Assembly (NCBI GenBank): GCA_022449345.1
Contig: JAKURL010000007.1
Coordinates: forward strand, 23,163-87,162
Length of the DNA: 64,000 nt
Reading direction: 5' to 3'
DNA from: Candidatus Thalassarchaeum sp.
GTDB lineage: Archaea; Thermoplasmatota; Poseidoniia; Poseidoniales; Thalassarchaeaceae
Shown here: in pieces, positions 37,987-47,524 of the stretch
How positions within the stretch are numbered: the stretch's first letter is position 1
Layout of the letters: each line of letters starts with the position of its first letter
Notes under the pieces: generated by a model
What the model was told of the DNA's origin: nothing
The model's input: the letters and a program-made list of their open reading frames with translations, nothing else
Databases searched by the model: none
Made by a program: the position numbers and the translations under genes

Positions 37987-38516
37987 CAGCCCACCCAATC
38001 AATTACTGCCTCAGGGCTGGCCGGTTTGAAGCCATCTGAAATCCAGTAGAGAATATTGGAAACAATTTCTTCAGATCCATCGCCCGAAGTATCGAACTCT
38101 GCCCAGGGCGAATCATTCTCGCGCTCATTCCACGCACCACCGAGTAATTCCCACTCGACATTTGCCTCGACTTTTGTTTCGGAATAACCACGTTCGTTGA
38201 GACGCTGGCGTAGAACATCTGGGTTGCATCGTAGAACCACAACCGCATCGACTGGAAGGTTGTGGGAAAGGTGGCCGTCGATAAGTTCCGGCTCCAAAGG
38301 AGCCGACTCCCAAGCTTCAGCGATGTTTTGTAACAGAATTTCCATATCGACTGGATGTGCACCATCAGATGGATCTAACTCACCGAGTGCGCCGGCTTGT
38401 TCAGCCAATTCCTCGATTGTTGAGACATTCAAACCCTGCTGAGCAAGTAAGTCCGCAACAGTCGATTTACCGGTGCCAGGGGTACCGGATAGGGCTAGCC
38501 TGAAGGTGCCTTCCAC
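37986..38516 (-). CDS. Archaeal adenylate kinase AK6/hCINAP family
   Basis: SGTPGTGKST, IDGHLSH and LRCNP...RGYSETKVEAN; start (GTG 38516) uncertain. Confidence 0.88.
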   Translation of the reverse strand: MEGTFRLALSGTPGTGKSTVADLLAQQGLNVSTIEELAEQAGALGELDPSDGAHPVDMEILLQNIAEAWESAPLEPELIDGHLSHNLPVDAVVVLRCNPDVLRQRLNERGYSETKVEANVEWELLGGAWNERENDSPWAEFDTSGDGSEEIVSNILYWISDGFKPASPEAVIDWVG

Positions 38517-38599
38517 GTAATCACGGGTGGGTGATGAACCCATGAACGCTCCGTGTCGGGGGCGCAACATTGACCCATCGAAAGCGCCTGCGACCTTCC

Positions 38600-39751
38600 A
38601 TGAGTGATGCTGAGACCGGACATGTAAGCGTACTTGGAGCCTTTTCGCCGGCGGAAAATAAACTCAATATTCTGCTACTCGCACTTCCAGCAACCTGCTA
38701 TTTCGCATACGTAGCACACGATGAATCGATGGCCTTCTTTTCCTCTCTAGTCGCAATAATGCCTCTGGCTTTCTTGATGGGTCGAGCAACGGAGGAAATC
38801 GCCCTTCGAACATCAGAATCTCTTGGTGGTCTGCTGAATGCGACTTTTGGCAATGCGGCTGAGATGATAATCGCTCTACTGGCAATCTATGCTGCATCTC
38901 AGGCAGACACATCCACAGTAGAAGGAATTGCAACAGAGGAACTCATGGTCAACCTAGTTCAAGCTAGCCTGATAGGTAGTATTCTGGGTAACTTACTGCT
39001 CGTCATGGGTCTGGCATTCGTCTGGGGCGGAATCCACTACGCCGAGCAGAAATTCTCTCAAACTCAGGTTAGTTCCAACGGCTCTTTGATGTTGTTGGCA
39101 ATGATTGTGTTAATTATTCCAGCCGTATTCAATTCAACAGTAGGTGGCTCCGAGGGTGCGGAGGGTGTGGCAAATCTAAGTCACATTGCTGCAATTGTTC
39201 TACTCGCTCTTTACGGATTATTCCTGTATTTCCAATTCAAATCGCACGTAGACTTGTTCGCTACCGAGACCCACGATCATGAGAAGCCGGAAATGAGCCA
39301 GAGAGACGCAATAATCCTACTAATTGCGGCAACGGTTTTGGTATCTTGGATGGCCGAAATTCTTGTTCACTCGGTAGAATACGCTGCTGACGATATGGGA
39401 TTACCTCACCTATTCATCGGTATAATTCTGCTACCGCTCTTCGGTAACGCGGCTGAGCACTTCACCGCCGTCACAGTTGCGGGCAAGGACAAGATGGACC
39501 TTTCATTTGCTATCTCGATGGGTTCCTCAACTCAGATTGCAGTATTTGTTGCTCCATTGATGATTATCATCGCTTGGGCATTGAACGTCCCGCTAACCTT
39601 TGAGTTCGGAATGCTAGAAACCGTCTCAGTCTTCCTTGCAGTTTTGATTGTGAATGCTATCGCATCTGATGGTAAATCGAATTGGCTCGAAGGTGCACTG
39701 TTGCTTGGAACCTATGTTGTTCTGGGTGCTGCTTTCCTTCTCCATCCGTGA
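38600..39751 (+). CDS. cax: Ca2+/H+ antiporter (CAX family)
   Basis: Alpha repeats GGLLNATFGNAAE and GNAAEH, GSSTQIA, DGKSNWLEG. Confidence 0.93.
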   Translation: MSDAETGHVSVLGAFSPAENKLNILLLALPATCYFAYVAHDESMAFFSSLVAIMPLAFLMGRATEEIALRTSESLGGLLNATFGNAAEMIIALLAIYAASQADTSTVEGIATEELMVNLVQASLIGSILGNLLLVMGLAFVWGGIHYAEQKFSQTQVSSNGSLMLLAMIVLIIPAVFNSTVGGSEGAEGVANLSHIAAIVLLALYGLFLYFQFKSHVDLFATETHDHEKPEMSQRDAIILLIAATVLVSWMAEILVHSVEYAADDMGLPHLFIGIILLPLFGNAAEHFTAVTVAGKDKMDLSFAISMGSSTQIAVFVAPLMIIIAWALNVPLTFEFGMLETVSVFLAVLIVNAIASDGKSNWLEGALLLGTYVVLGAAFLLHP

Positions 39752-39771
39752 ATCAAAGGGTACCCTCTGAT

Positions 39772-41028
39772 TCAGAGTTCAGCGTAGTATTCGATTACCG
39801 CCTCATTCAGCGCTTCTCTAGCACTATTCTCATCCACGGTTAGTGTAATTCCATCCTGCCTCAGTGCTTCCCCATCGACAAAGACATCGAGCACTCGACC
39901 ACCTGAATATAGGAGATTTGGAAGGAGTCGTCTTCCATCTTTACCGATAGGCGACATTCGAATGTCATTGAGGTCCCAAGTTATCCAATCATTCGAACCC
40001 TTGGTGGCTAATTGCCATGTCTCCTCTGGTCCTAGAACTCGGGCATTCCAATGGTCGTGCTTCTGAACCAGGCTTGCCGCCTTTGCTTCGGCTCGCATGT
40101 CCAGTGAATTATTGCTGGCTGAACCATCGGTTCCCAAGCGAACATCAACCTCTGCTTCTTTCATCGCAGGGTAGGACATAGTTCCACCACAGCCCAACTT
40201 CTGGTTGGAGGTCGGACAGTGGACTGCATGAGCTCCGTGTCCGGCTAGTATCCTCATTTCCTTCTTGGTCAGCCAACCACAATGAGCACAGACGGTTGTT
40301 CCGTCGGTGAAATAATCTAGAGAATCTAGGTACTCTACAGGATACATCCCGGTTGCTTCGTGGCAGTCAGCAACTTCCTTACGAGTCTCAGAAGTGTGGA
40401 TTTGTAGGGTGCAACCGGTTCTTTTTGCTAGGTCGGAGCCCTTCAGAAGAATCTCTTCGTCACAGACGTAAACCGAGTGTGTTCCGACTCCGTAATCTAT
40501 CCTCCCTGGTCTTGGTGAGGTGCCGGTAATCAGACCTTCGACATGACGTAATGCATCTCCCGAACCGGACTTGAAATTGGGAGTCAAACCATCGGTTATC
40601 GGTCCACAAAGCGTAGCCCTAACCCCCGTCTCCGCAAGGGTCTCACCGATGGTTTGGGTGTGGAAATACATGTCACAAGCGTAGGTTGTTCCGGTGGCAA
40701 TCATCTCTGCCGCAGCAGCCCTAGTTCCAATCTCCACGAGTTCTTTTGTCAGTTTCTTCTCAACGGGGAAAATCGCAGTTTCAAGCCACTCCATCAGAGG
40801 CAATCCTTCACCCATTCCTCGATTGAGAATCATCGCGAGGTGGGTGTGCCAATTTTGGAAAGAACGAGTGATGATTCGACCTGTTCCATCAATAATCTCG
40901 AGAACATCTTCGTCACCATTACTAGCCGACCACGAACCATTTTCATGCAGAATGAAATCTCCATGCTGAAGGCTACAATCATGATCCATCAGCCAAGCAT
41001 TGGTGTACCGGCGGTCACCAATATCCAT
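39772..41028 (-). CDS. Amidohydrolase, MTA/SAH (5'-deoxyadenosine) deaminase-like
   Basis: NWHTH, DMYF, HSVY, IHTSET, HCPTSNQKL and LGTDGSASNNSLDM. Confidence 0.85.
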   Translation of the reverse strand: MDIGDRRYTNAWLMDHDCSLQHGDFILHENGSWSASNGDEDVLEIIDGTGRIITRSFQNWHTHLAMILNRGMGEGLPLMEWLETAIFPVEKKLTKELVEIGTRAAAAEMIATGTTYACDMYFHTQTIGETLAETGVRATLCGPITDGLTPNFKSGSGDALRHVEGLITGTSPRPGRIDYGVGTHSVYVCDEEILLKGSDLAKRTGCTLQIHTSETRKEVADCHEATGMYPVEYLDSLDYFTDGTTVCAHCGWLTKKEMRILAGHGAHAVHCPTSNQKLGCGGTMSYPAMKEAEVDVRLGTDGSASNNSLDMRAEAKAASLVQKHDHWNARVLGPEETWQLATKGSNDWITWDLNDIRMSPIGKDGRRLLPNLLYSGGRVLDVFVDGEALRQDGITLTVDENSAREALNEAVIEYYAEL

Positions 41029-41104
41029 AATCTCGCCAACGGCTATCGCATCTCAACTTTGTCAGCGACCTCAATTAGAAGAATTGGTCATATAATCTGT
41101 TTTT

Positions 41105-41713
41105 TCAACCCACTCGACATATAGCATCCAAGGTACTGAGCACTTCACCTTCTTCATTGGTCAAATATGCTTCAACGACATCTCCGGTATACATCCGACC
41201 AACTCCTGATGGAGTGCCAGTCCAGACGAAATCTCCTGGAGAAAGCTCGTACCAACTCGATAGGTGCTCGACTAATTCGTCAACTGAATGAATCATTAGA
41301 GAAGTGGGGGCATCTTGTCTAGTCTCGCCATTAATCTTCATCGTAACCTGCATGACTCCTTCTTGGTAGGGTGTCCAAGTTCCTAAAACACCACTTCCTC
41401 GGAAGGCCTTACCCTCGGTCCATGGCCATCGCTTATTCTTGGCAATTGTTTGTCTTGTTCGATTGGTTGTATCACAACCGATACACATTGCTTCTGGGCG
41501 CAAGTCATCCCCCAATCGAACTACTAGTTCTGCTTCGTGGTCAATGTGGTCTTCCTCGTTCATCAGCTCGATGACATTGTTTCCATTTTCATCAGCCTCA
41601 ATATGGGCGCTTGCCGGCTTTAGGAAGAATCTAGGGTATTCTTCTGAGATATCTCCACCAATCTCTTCTGCGTGCGCGGCGTAATTCCTGAAACAGCACC
41701 ATCCTAGTCCCAT
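41105..41713 (-). CDS. Fumarylacetoacetate hydrolase family protein
   Basis: RNYAAHAEE, FFLKP, HEAELVV, PWTEGKAF and TGTPSGVG. Confidence 0.92.
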   Translation of the reverse strand: MGLGWCCFRNYAAHAEEIGGDISEEYPRFFLKPASAHIEADENGNNVIELMNEEDHIDHEAELVVRLGDDLRPEAMCIGCDTTNRTRQTIAKNKRWPWTEGKAFRGSGVLGTWTPYQEGVMQVTMKINGETRQDAPTSLMIHSVDELVEHLSSWYELSPGDFVWTGTPSGVGRMYTGDVVEAYLTNEEGEVLSTLDAICRVG

Positions 41714-41811
41714 GTTCCAATCGTGCAGGCAACCGGCCTTGAGCGATACGGTGGGCTAACCTTCGATTTCGTCGCGAGGATTCAAGGGGGTGCGTTGTCC
41801 GAATCCCATCG

Positions 41812-42807
41812 ATGGCCGATGACCCCTACCACGTTCTGGGAGTTTCAAAAGACGCCACAGACGCGGAGATAAAGCGGGCTTACCGCAAGTTGGCAAGGCA
41901 ACATCATCCAGATAGAAATCCAGACGATGCCGCCGCTGAGGAGAGATTCAAGGCAATCCAAGCGGCGTATGATCAGATTGGAACTGCCGCCGCTCGCAAG
42001 GAGTATGACCAACAGAGAAGAATTGAGGAAATGTTTGCTCGAGGTAGCAATCCATTCTCTGGATTTAGTGGTGGTGGTGGCTTTCGAACAGGAGGATTTA
42101 GCAGCGGCCAAGGCTTCGATTTCTCAGATATCCTAAACCAATTCATGGGCGGAAGGGGTGGTGCTGAGGCTCAATTTCAGCAACAGCCCAGACAACAAAC
42201 GCGTCCTCCTCAACCGCCTCCTGTTCAGCGCGGTCCGGATATCGAAGCGGGTATTGACATCACTTTAGAACAGGCTCTAAATGGTACGAAAATTGAGTTC
42301 GGGCACCGTAGATTACGAATCTGTGAACGCTGTGAAGGAACATCGTTCAATTCGAGAAAGCCTTGTTCAAAATGTTCCGGAAAGGGAGTCGAATCTCGTT
42401 CTTCGACGATTACCGTCAGAGTGCCTTCAGGTGCTCAGCACGGCCAGCAACTTCGCCTGAAAAAAATGGGTCATGAACATCCCCAAGGAGAGCCTGGAGA
42501 TTTACTCATCAACATTCGACTAGATGCCGAAGAAGGTCGTCGATGGGAGGGCAGCAGACTGATTCAGGAGGTTGCCGTTCCGTACTCGACTCTGATGTTA
42601 GGAGGCGCGGTTCGTATCCGCACTCCAGCAGGAAAGCGAGTACAAATCGAAGTAGCTGAAGGCACTCGGATTGGTGATCGTCGCCGTCTTGCAGGACATG
42701 GGCACGACGGCGGACCGCTGGATATCGAATTCATACTCGCAGAGCCGGAGCAAGTGAGTAAGAAACAGAAAGAGGCACTTGATCGGCTCAGAGATTCAGG
42801 ACTTTGA
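41812..42807 (+). CDS. dnaJ: DnaJ-family co-chaperone with reduced zinc finger
   Basis: J domain with HPD, G/F-rich region, only two Cys repeats (CERCEGT, CSKCSGKG), DnaJ C-terminal domain. Confidence 0.85.
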   Translation: MADDPYHVLGVSKDATDAEIKRAYRKLARQHHPDRNPDDAAAEERFKAIQAAYDQIGTAAARKEYDQQRRIEEMFARGSNPFSGFSGGGGFRTGGFSSGQGFDFSDILNQFMGGRGGAEAQFQQQPRQQTRPPQPPPVQRGPDIEAGIDITLEQALNGTKIEFGHRRLRICERCEGTSFNSRKPCSKCSGKGVESRSSTITVRVPSGAQHGQQLRLKKMGHEHPQGEPGDLLINIRLDAEEGRRWEGSRLIQEVAVPYSTLMLGGAVRIRTPAGKRVQIEVAEGTRIGDRRRLAGHGHDGGPLDIEFILAEPEQVSKKQKEALDRLRDSGL

Positions 42808-42847
42808 CTAAACATGGATTAAAAAACACGATACAAAGGCACCGACT

Positions 42848-45800
42848 ATGAGAGAAGTTAGGGACTTCGGTAAGGTTGCCAATTTTCTTCTTCCCCAAAG
42901 TTTCAAACTTCACACTGCGGTGCTCTTCATCAGCCTCCTGATGATTCCAGGCTTGCTTGCAAGCCTGACACCAATCGATGTCCAATCATATGACATGGAA
43001 TCGCCAGAATTAACAGCGAATCAGGTTGTTAACGAAGATTTTGAAGCTGCGGAAAAAACGCATGGATTCGCCATCTCGGTGAGAGATAGGAAATCTATCC
43101 TAACATCTGATTCAGCCCCTCATTATACCATTGATGGCGAAATAGATTACGCCAACTTGCCCCATTCTTCTGAGAGGGTTGGATATCAAGGAAAAAGTGC
43201 GGGTTTAGTGGGTGAAGATATTCCTACTGGAGGAGTCCTTAATCTTACGATACTCAGAGAGATAGAGAACAAAACCGCCATTGCAAGTTCACATTATATC
43301 TCTGACTTCGCAAGGCCTTTGGTTACCGAATTAACCAGTACAGGATTCTTTGGTCCGATGTCTCTGCCTGACCTTCTCCGAGCCTTCATGGCAGGAGAAT
43401 CTCTGCTAACTAAACCCACAATTAATGTCCTCGGATTGCTAGAACCGGCAAGAACAAACTGGGAAGATTGTGGAGTATTGGAATGTCTCACCTATGATGA
43501 TCCTAACCTTACTCAGGCCCATGTTGACCTAGCCTCACATAGGATGATTATGTATTCAAACGGAGCTATGCTACGCTGGTTCTCAACCGATAGAGGATTC
43601 ACCTTTGATGAGACCAGCTCTCTAATGGGGCCAGTTGGGGGAACTATTCGTGAAGATGGAACGTTCGACGACGATGTAATTTGGGGCCCTGGAAGGTGGT
43701 CAGCATCTACAACTTGGATTCTAATTCAACTCAGTCGCACAGAGTTGCAGGAGAATGGAATTACCCATTCCTGGGAGGATGCAAGAAATGAACCAGAAGG
43801 ATATCGGTTCGACGGGTTCAATTTAGTTACGACTCCCCCGGATTACAACTTAGAGGACTGTAGAAACGCCCTTCAAAAGGGGGAAGAACTTTGCAGTTTT
43901 GAATGGGCAATGCTCGACCTCGAAAAGCAGATGAGAACAACCGACCAACTCGTTGTCACTTTCTCAGTAAATGAGGGAATAAACGTTGAACTGAACCGCG
44001 AATTGCTAGAATCTAGCTTGCTACTAATCGCCATGGCACTGGCCATTACCGTGCTACTTTGGTTCAGTCTACGGAGGACCTCTGACGTGGTAATAGTCGG
44101 GGCCACCTTGATTTTTGCTCTATTGTGGATGCAAGGCTCAATCGGCTGGATGATAATCCTTGGAGAGAAGTATGGATTCAAGATAATCAGCAAGAGTCAA
44201 TTTTCCACCCTACTTCCAATCTTGGTTATTGCTTTGGGAATAGACGACAGTCTGCACGCTCTACACAGATACAAGGAGGAAAGGAGAAAAGGGCGCTCTC
44301 CGGAGGAATCTGCTCATGCTTCATTGTCTAGAGTTGGCAGAGCGATTATGTTGACATCATTCACTACTATGTCTGCATTCGCGGCCAATCTGACTTCAGA
44401 TATCGCCGCCCTGCGTTCATTCGGTGTCGAAGCGTCTCTAGGTGTTGCAGCGGCATTCATCCTAACCGGAATTTGGGCACCATTGATTCGCATGGATTGG
44501 GATAAGCGTCTGGCCAAACAAGGAAACTTGCCAGAAGAGGAAACCGGCATAGTTCACATGATTCGAGAACAGCGTCTAGTTTCCATTGCGAATAATTCAT
44601 CGAAAAACTCCTCCCTGCTACTGGTGTTAATTCTAATTATCACAGCAATCGCCATTCCAATGATGCAGAGTCTTGAGGGTGATTTCAAAGTCAAAGATTT
44701 TCTAGATGAGGAATCGGATTTCGCACAGGCTGTAGAATTAGTCAATACTAGGTTCAGCGATGAGGGAGAGCCGGCTGCAGTCATTATAGAAGGCGATATG
44801 CTAGACCCGAGAGTCTACGCTGCGATTCAAGCCACTAGAGATAATATGGCAGACCCAAGCCCAAATGACCCTGGAAAATACACTAAAATGCCTTTAGGGA
44901 CACCTGAAATGCATGGTGTGGACGAATTGATTTGGGCCGCAAAGGCGAGCATGTTTTCCAACAATACATCCTTTGTTGAGGCGGGTTGGGAATCCGCGAG
45001 CCTCGATTGTCAGAGGCTAGCAAATGGCCTACCAGACGAAACTGACCGTGATTGTCTGAGATTCATGTATGGATTCGTCTACGTGTATGGGGTCCCAGCC
45101 GGAGGATACTTTCCGGCAATTCCAGAATCTCTGGCCGCCCTCCATATTGTTCCAACCTGTGAGTTAGACCCTGAATTGGTGCATCTATGCAAAGATGGAA
45201 GCATTCCGGAATACAATCGCATGACTCTGCGCTGGGGAATTGCAAACCCAGAGCAGTTCATCGTCGTAGAACAGGTTCTTGCAGAATTGGAATTGGATAT
45301 GCAACCTTTCCAAGAACTGGCAGCTCAAGACCTCTCGGAAAGGTCAGATATCGAGTCGGCTAGCGAGGAATATCCTGTAACTTGGGCTATCGCTACCGGC
45401 GATCCAGTCACACGCTACGTGGCCGCTTCTAGTATGCAGAATCAAATGCAAGGAACCCTAGTCCTCGGTGTTCTATTCTGTCTAATTACTCTGTGGTGGG
45501 GATTCCGAAAGGTCGAGTATGGATTTGATGATTATTCGCTTCGAGACCTTGTGATATCTTCTCCAGTAATAATTGGGATAACTGGCTATGTTTACCTGAC
45601 AGTTAGCGTAAATCTTGCTATTGTAATTGCAATTCTTCTCATCATAGGCGCTGGATATTGGGGCACAAGGTCGCTCTCAACTGCCATCTTTACCACCATT
45701 CCAATTGTAATTGTAATAATTTGGTTGTACGCAATTATCGCTGCTGCTGGATATGGATTGAACATGGTCACAGTTGCAATTGCAGCGATGAGTTTGGGGG

Positions 45801-46117
45801 TCGGAATCGACTACGTTATCCACGTCGTAGAGAGGTATCGAGAGGAGCGAGCGACCGGTGCTGGTGTAGAGACCAGCATCAAGGCGATTGGTGGCGCTGC
45901 GGGCCTTGCCTTGTTTGGATCCGCAGTCTCCGATGTGACTGGATTTCTAATTATCAATCGCTCAGCCATGGGTTTCTTCGCAAGCTTCGGATTGTTCTGT
46001 GCTGCCATGATTGGGCTTTCCTTATTCGCCAGCCTAGTAGTTACACCTGCAATGCTTGGGGTGATGTCCCGTACTAGGAGCCAAGACTCTCAGCAGGTTG
46101 AAGCAGTTGGGGCTTGA
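42848..46117 (+). CDS. MMPL/RND-family membrane transporter
   Basis: Two RND halves with LGIDDSLH and GVGIDYVIHVVERYREE, and two large extracellular loops. Confidence 0.88.
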   Translation: MREVRDFGKVANFLLPQSFKLHTAVLFISLLMIPGLLASLTPIDVQSYDMESPELTANQVVNEDFEAAEKTHGFAISVRDRKSILTSDSAPHYTIDGEIDYANLPHSSERVGYQGKSAGLVGEDIPTGGVLNLTILREIENKTAIASSHYISDFARPLVTELTSTGFFGPMSLPDLLRAFMAGESLLTKPTINVLGLLEPARTNWEDCGVLECLTYDDPNLTQAHVDLASHRMIMYSNGAMLRWFSTDRGFTFDETSSLMGPVGGTIREDGTFDDDVIWGPGRWSASTTWILIQLSRTELQENGITHSWEDARNEPEGYRFDGFNLVTTPPDYNLEDCRNALQKGEELCSFEWAMLDLEKQMRTTDQLVVTFSVNEGINVELNRELLESSLLLIAMALAITVLLWFSLRRTSDVVIVGATLIFALLWMQGSIGWMIILGEKYGFKIISKSQFSTLLPILVIALGIDDSLHALHRYKEERRKGRSPEESAHASLSRVGRAIMLTSFTTMSAFAANLTSDIAALRSFGVEASLGVAAAFILTGIWAPLIRMDWDKRLAKQGNLPEEETGIVHMIREQRLVSIANNSSKNSSLLLVLILIITAIAIPMMQSLEGDFKVKDFLDEESDFAQAVELVNTRFSDEGEPAAVIIEGDMLDPRVYAAIQATRDNMADPSPNDPGKYTKMPLGTPEMHGVDELIWAAKASMFSNNTSFVEAGWESASLDCQRLANGLPDETDRDCLRFMYGFVYVYGVPAGGYFPAIPESLAALHIVPTCELDPELVHLCKDGSIPEYNRMTLRWGIANPEQFIVVEQVLAELELDMQPFQELAAQDLSERSDIESASEEYPVTWAIATGDPVTRYVAASSMQNQMQGTLVLGVLFCLITLWWGFRKVEYGFDDYSLRDLVISSPVIIGITGYVYLTVSVNLAIVIAILLIIGAGYWGTRSLSTAIFTTIPIVIVIIWLYAIIAAAGYGLNMVTVAIAAMSLGVGIDYVIHVVERYREERATGAGVETSIKAIGGAAGLALFGSAVSDVTGFLIINRSAMGFFASFGLFCAAMIGLSLFASLVVTPAMLGVMSRTRSQDSQQVEAVGA

Positions 46118-46124
46118 CGGCTGG

Positions 46125-46460
46125 ATGAGCAGGATGGATGACTCAGAGACTCTCACCGACCTAGAGAGAGGCAAAGAGGACTGTGTTCTGCGATTCGCTG
46201 ATGGTCAGGCCTTCCGAGTTGAATACCTTGACATCAGGCAGTCTTGTCCTTGTGCAAAGTGTGGTCCTCGTCAGGAAAATGAGCAACGAATTATCGAATT
46301 CCGTGAAGAAGTAATGCGGCTTCGATTAGACAAGCCAAAGGCCGAGTTGGTAGGCCGCTATGGCTTGAGATTTTCATGGCCTAGTGGCTGTTCTAGTGGC
46401 ATCTATTCTTTTCCTCTACTACGAAAGGTAGCAGAAGACAAAGGAACCTCATTGCCTTGA
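46125..46460 (+). CDS. DUF971 / GBBH-like N-terminal domain protein
   Basis: RQSCPCAKC...VGRYGLRFSW...SSGIYSFPLLR. Confidence 0.85.
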   Translation: MSRMDDSETLTDLERGKEDCVLRFADGQAFRVEYLDIRQSCPCAKCGPRQENEQRIIEFREEVMRLRLDKPKAELVGRYGLRFSWPSGCSSGIYSFPLLRKVAEDKGTSLP

Positions 46461-46461
46461 A

Positions 46462-46779
46462 CTACTCCATCCTCTGTTGGTAATTGTACATGATTGACCA
46501 AACCTTAGTCAGGGCGTAGTGGTAGTCCTCGTCCATCCTGCACTCGTCCTTGAAACTGGTATATTTAACAGATGATATTTGGTCTAAGAGAACCGGTATT
46601 GCCTCGCTCTTAAGCATGGTAATTCTGAACCTATAGTCAGCCCAGTCAATTACCTCAATCTCATATTCGGGCCAAAGGACCTCCAGTGGGTCGATGACCC
46701 TAGACTTTACCTGGAAGCTGTCAGGTAGGGAGTTGTGCTGCACCACGCTGATGAAGCCGTACTTAGTGAAAACCCACAT
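46462..46779 (-). CDS. Hypothetical protein (MWxFTxxGFxS family, recalled from phages and mobile DNA)
   Basis: MWVFTKYGFISVV...ADYRFR...YTSFKD...YHYALTKVW; abuts the upstream gene (TAA-ATG). Confidence 0.7.
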   Translation of the reverse strand: MWVFTKYGFISVVQHNSLPDSFQVKSRVIDPLEVLWPEYEIEVIDWADYRFRITMLKSEAIPVLLDQISSVKYTSFKDECRMDEDYHYALTKVWSIMYNYQQRME

Positions 46780-47178
46780 TTAGGCCACCTCCACGCCTAC
46801 GACCTCTTCCTGGGGCTCTTCTTCCGGCGGCTCCTCGTAGGGTATGACCACCGTGTATGGGTCTAGTTGGACCTCGATACCAGCCGACTCAAAGGTTACT
46901 TTCATGCTCGCCAAGCGAGTAAAACAGAAGGGGTGGTCTACAACCGAAACGCACCTGACCATAGTCTCGTCGACACGCTGGAAGTTGACCCCTAACTTGT
47001 GAAAGAAGGTCGCTTGCCCATCCTTATGGTCTGCCATGAAACCATGAGCGTACTGACGGTAATGGTGACTGGTTGCCCACTGCATTTCCTCCTCGTCTAG
47101 AGGGGGTAGCCTGTCAGCTACCGTGGACATTTCGTTTGTCGTTGTGTCGTCATATTTCTTCATCTCTATAATTGTCAT
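46780..47178 (-). CDS. Hypothetical acidic protein
   Basis: Open frame with a purine-rich SD-like GAAGGAAGTGA before ATG 47178; no family recognised. Confidence 0.6.
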   Translation of the reverse strand: MTIIEMKKYDDTTTNEMSTVADRLPPLDEEEMQWATSHHYRQYAHGFMADHKDGQATFFHKLGVNFQRVDETMVRCVSVVDHPFCFTRLASMKVTFESAGIEVQLDPYTVVIPYEEPPEEEPQEEVVGVEVA

Positions 47179-47200
47179 TTTATCACTTCCTTCTCCGGCT

Positions 47201-47223
47201 AAGGGTGTGCTACGCACACCCTT
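47201..47223. repeat. Perfect 10-bp inverted repeat (operator or hairpin)
   Basis: AAGGGTGTGC-TAC-GCACACCCTT. Confidence 0.7.
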
Positions 47224-47241
47224 TTATGTCATTGAGAGTAT

Positions 47242-47430
47242 TTAAACTATATTTTTACATGTGTGTAATTCCCAATTTCCGGTACTAGTTTCACTAGGAA
47301 AATCGAATGGTTTCCAACTAGAATCCCAGCATATCTGCATCCATATCATTTGATCGCATCGCAAGCATCTTTTCGGGTATCCTTTTGTTATCATTTTCTC
47401 ACCTAGACTCGAGTCTAACTTTCTATTCAT
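47242..47430 (-). CDS. Small putative Zn-finger protein
   Basis: CLRC...C...HTC in 62 aa (true start may be the internal Met of MITKGYPKRC); AT-rich context. Confidence 0.5.
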   Translation of the reverse strand: MNRKLDSSLGEKMITKGYPKRCLRCDQMIWMQICWDSSWKPFDFPSETSTGNWELHTCKNIV

Positions 47431-47524
47431 TCCTTGTTTATATAGTCAAATTCAGATAGAAGCGCTCAAAGGTAACCCTCGATTCGGCAGGGCATCGCAA
47501 TGTGGGATTCCCTCCCTCGCTGCG

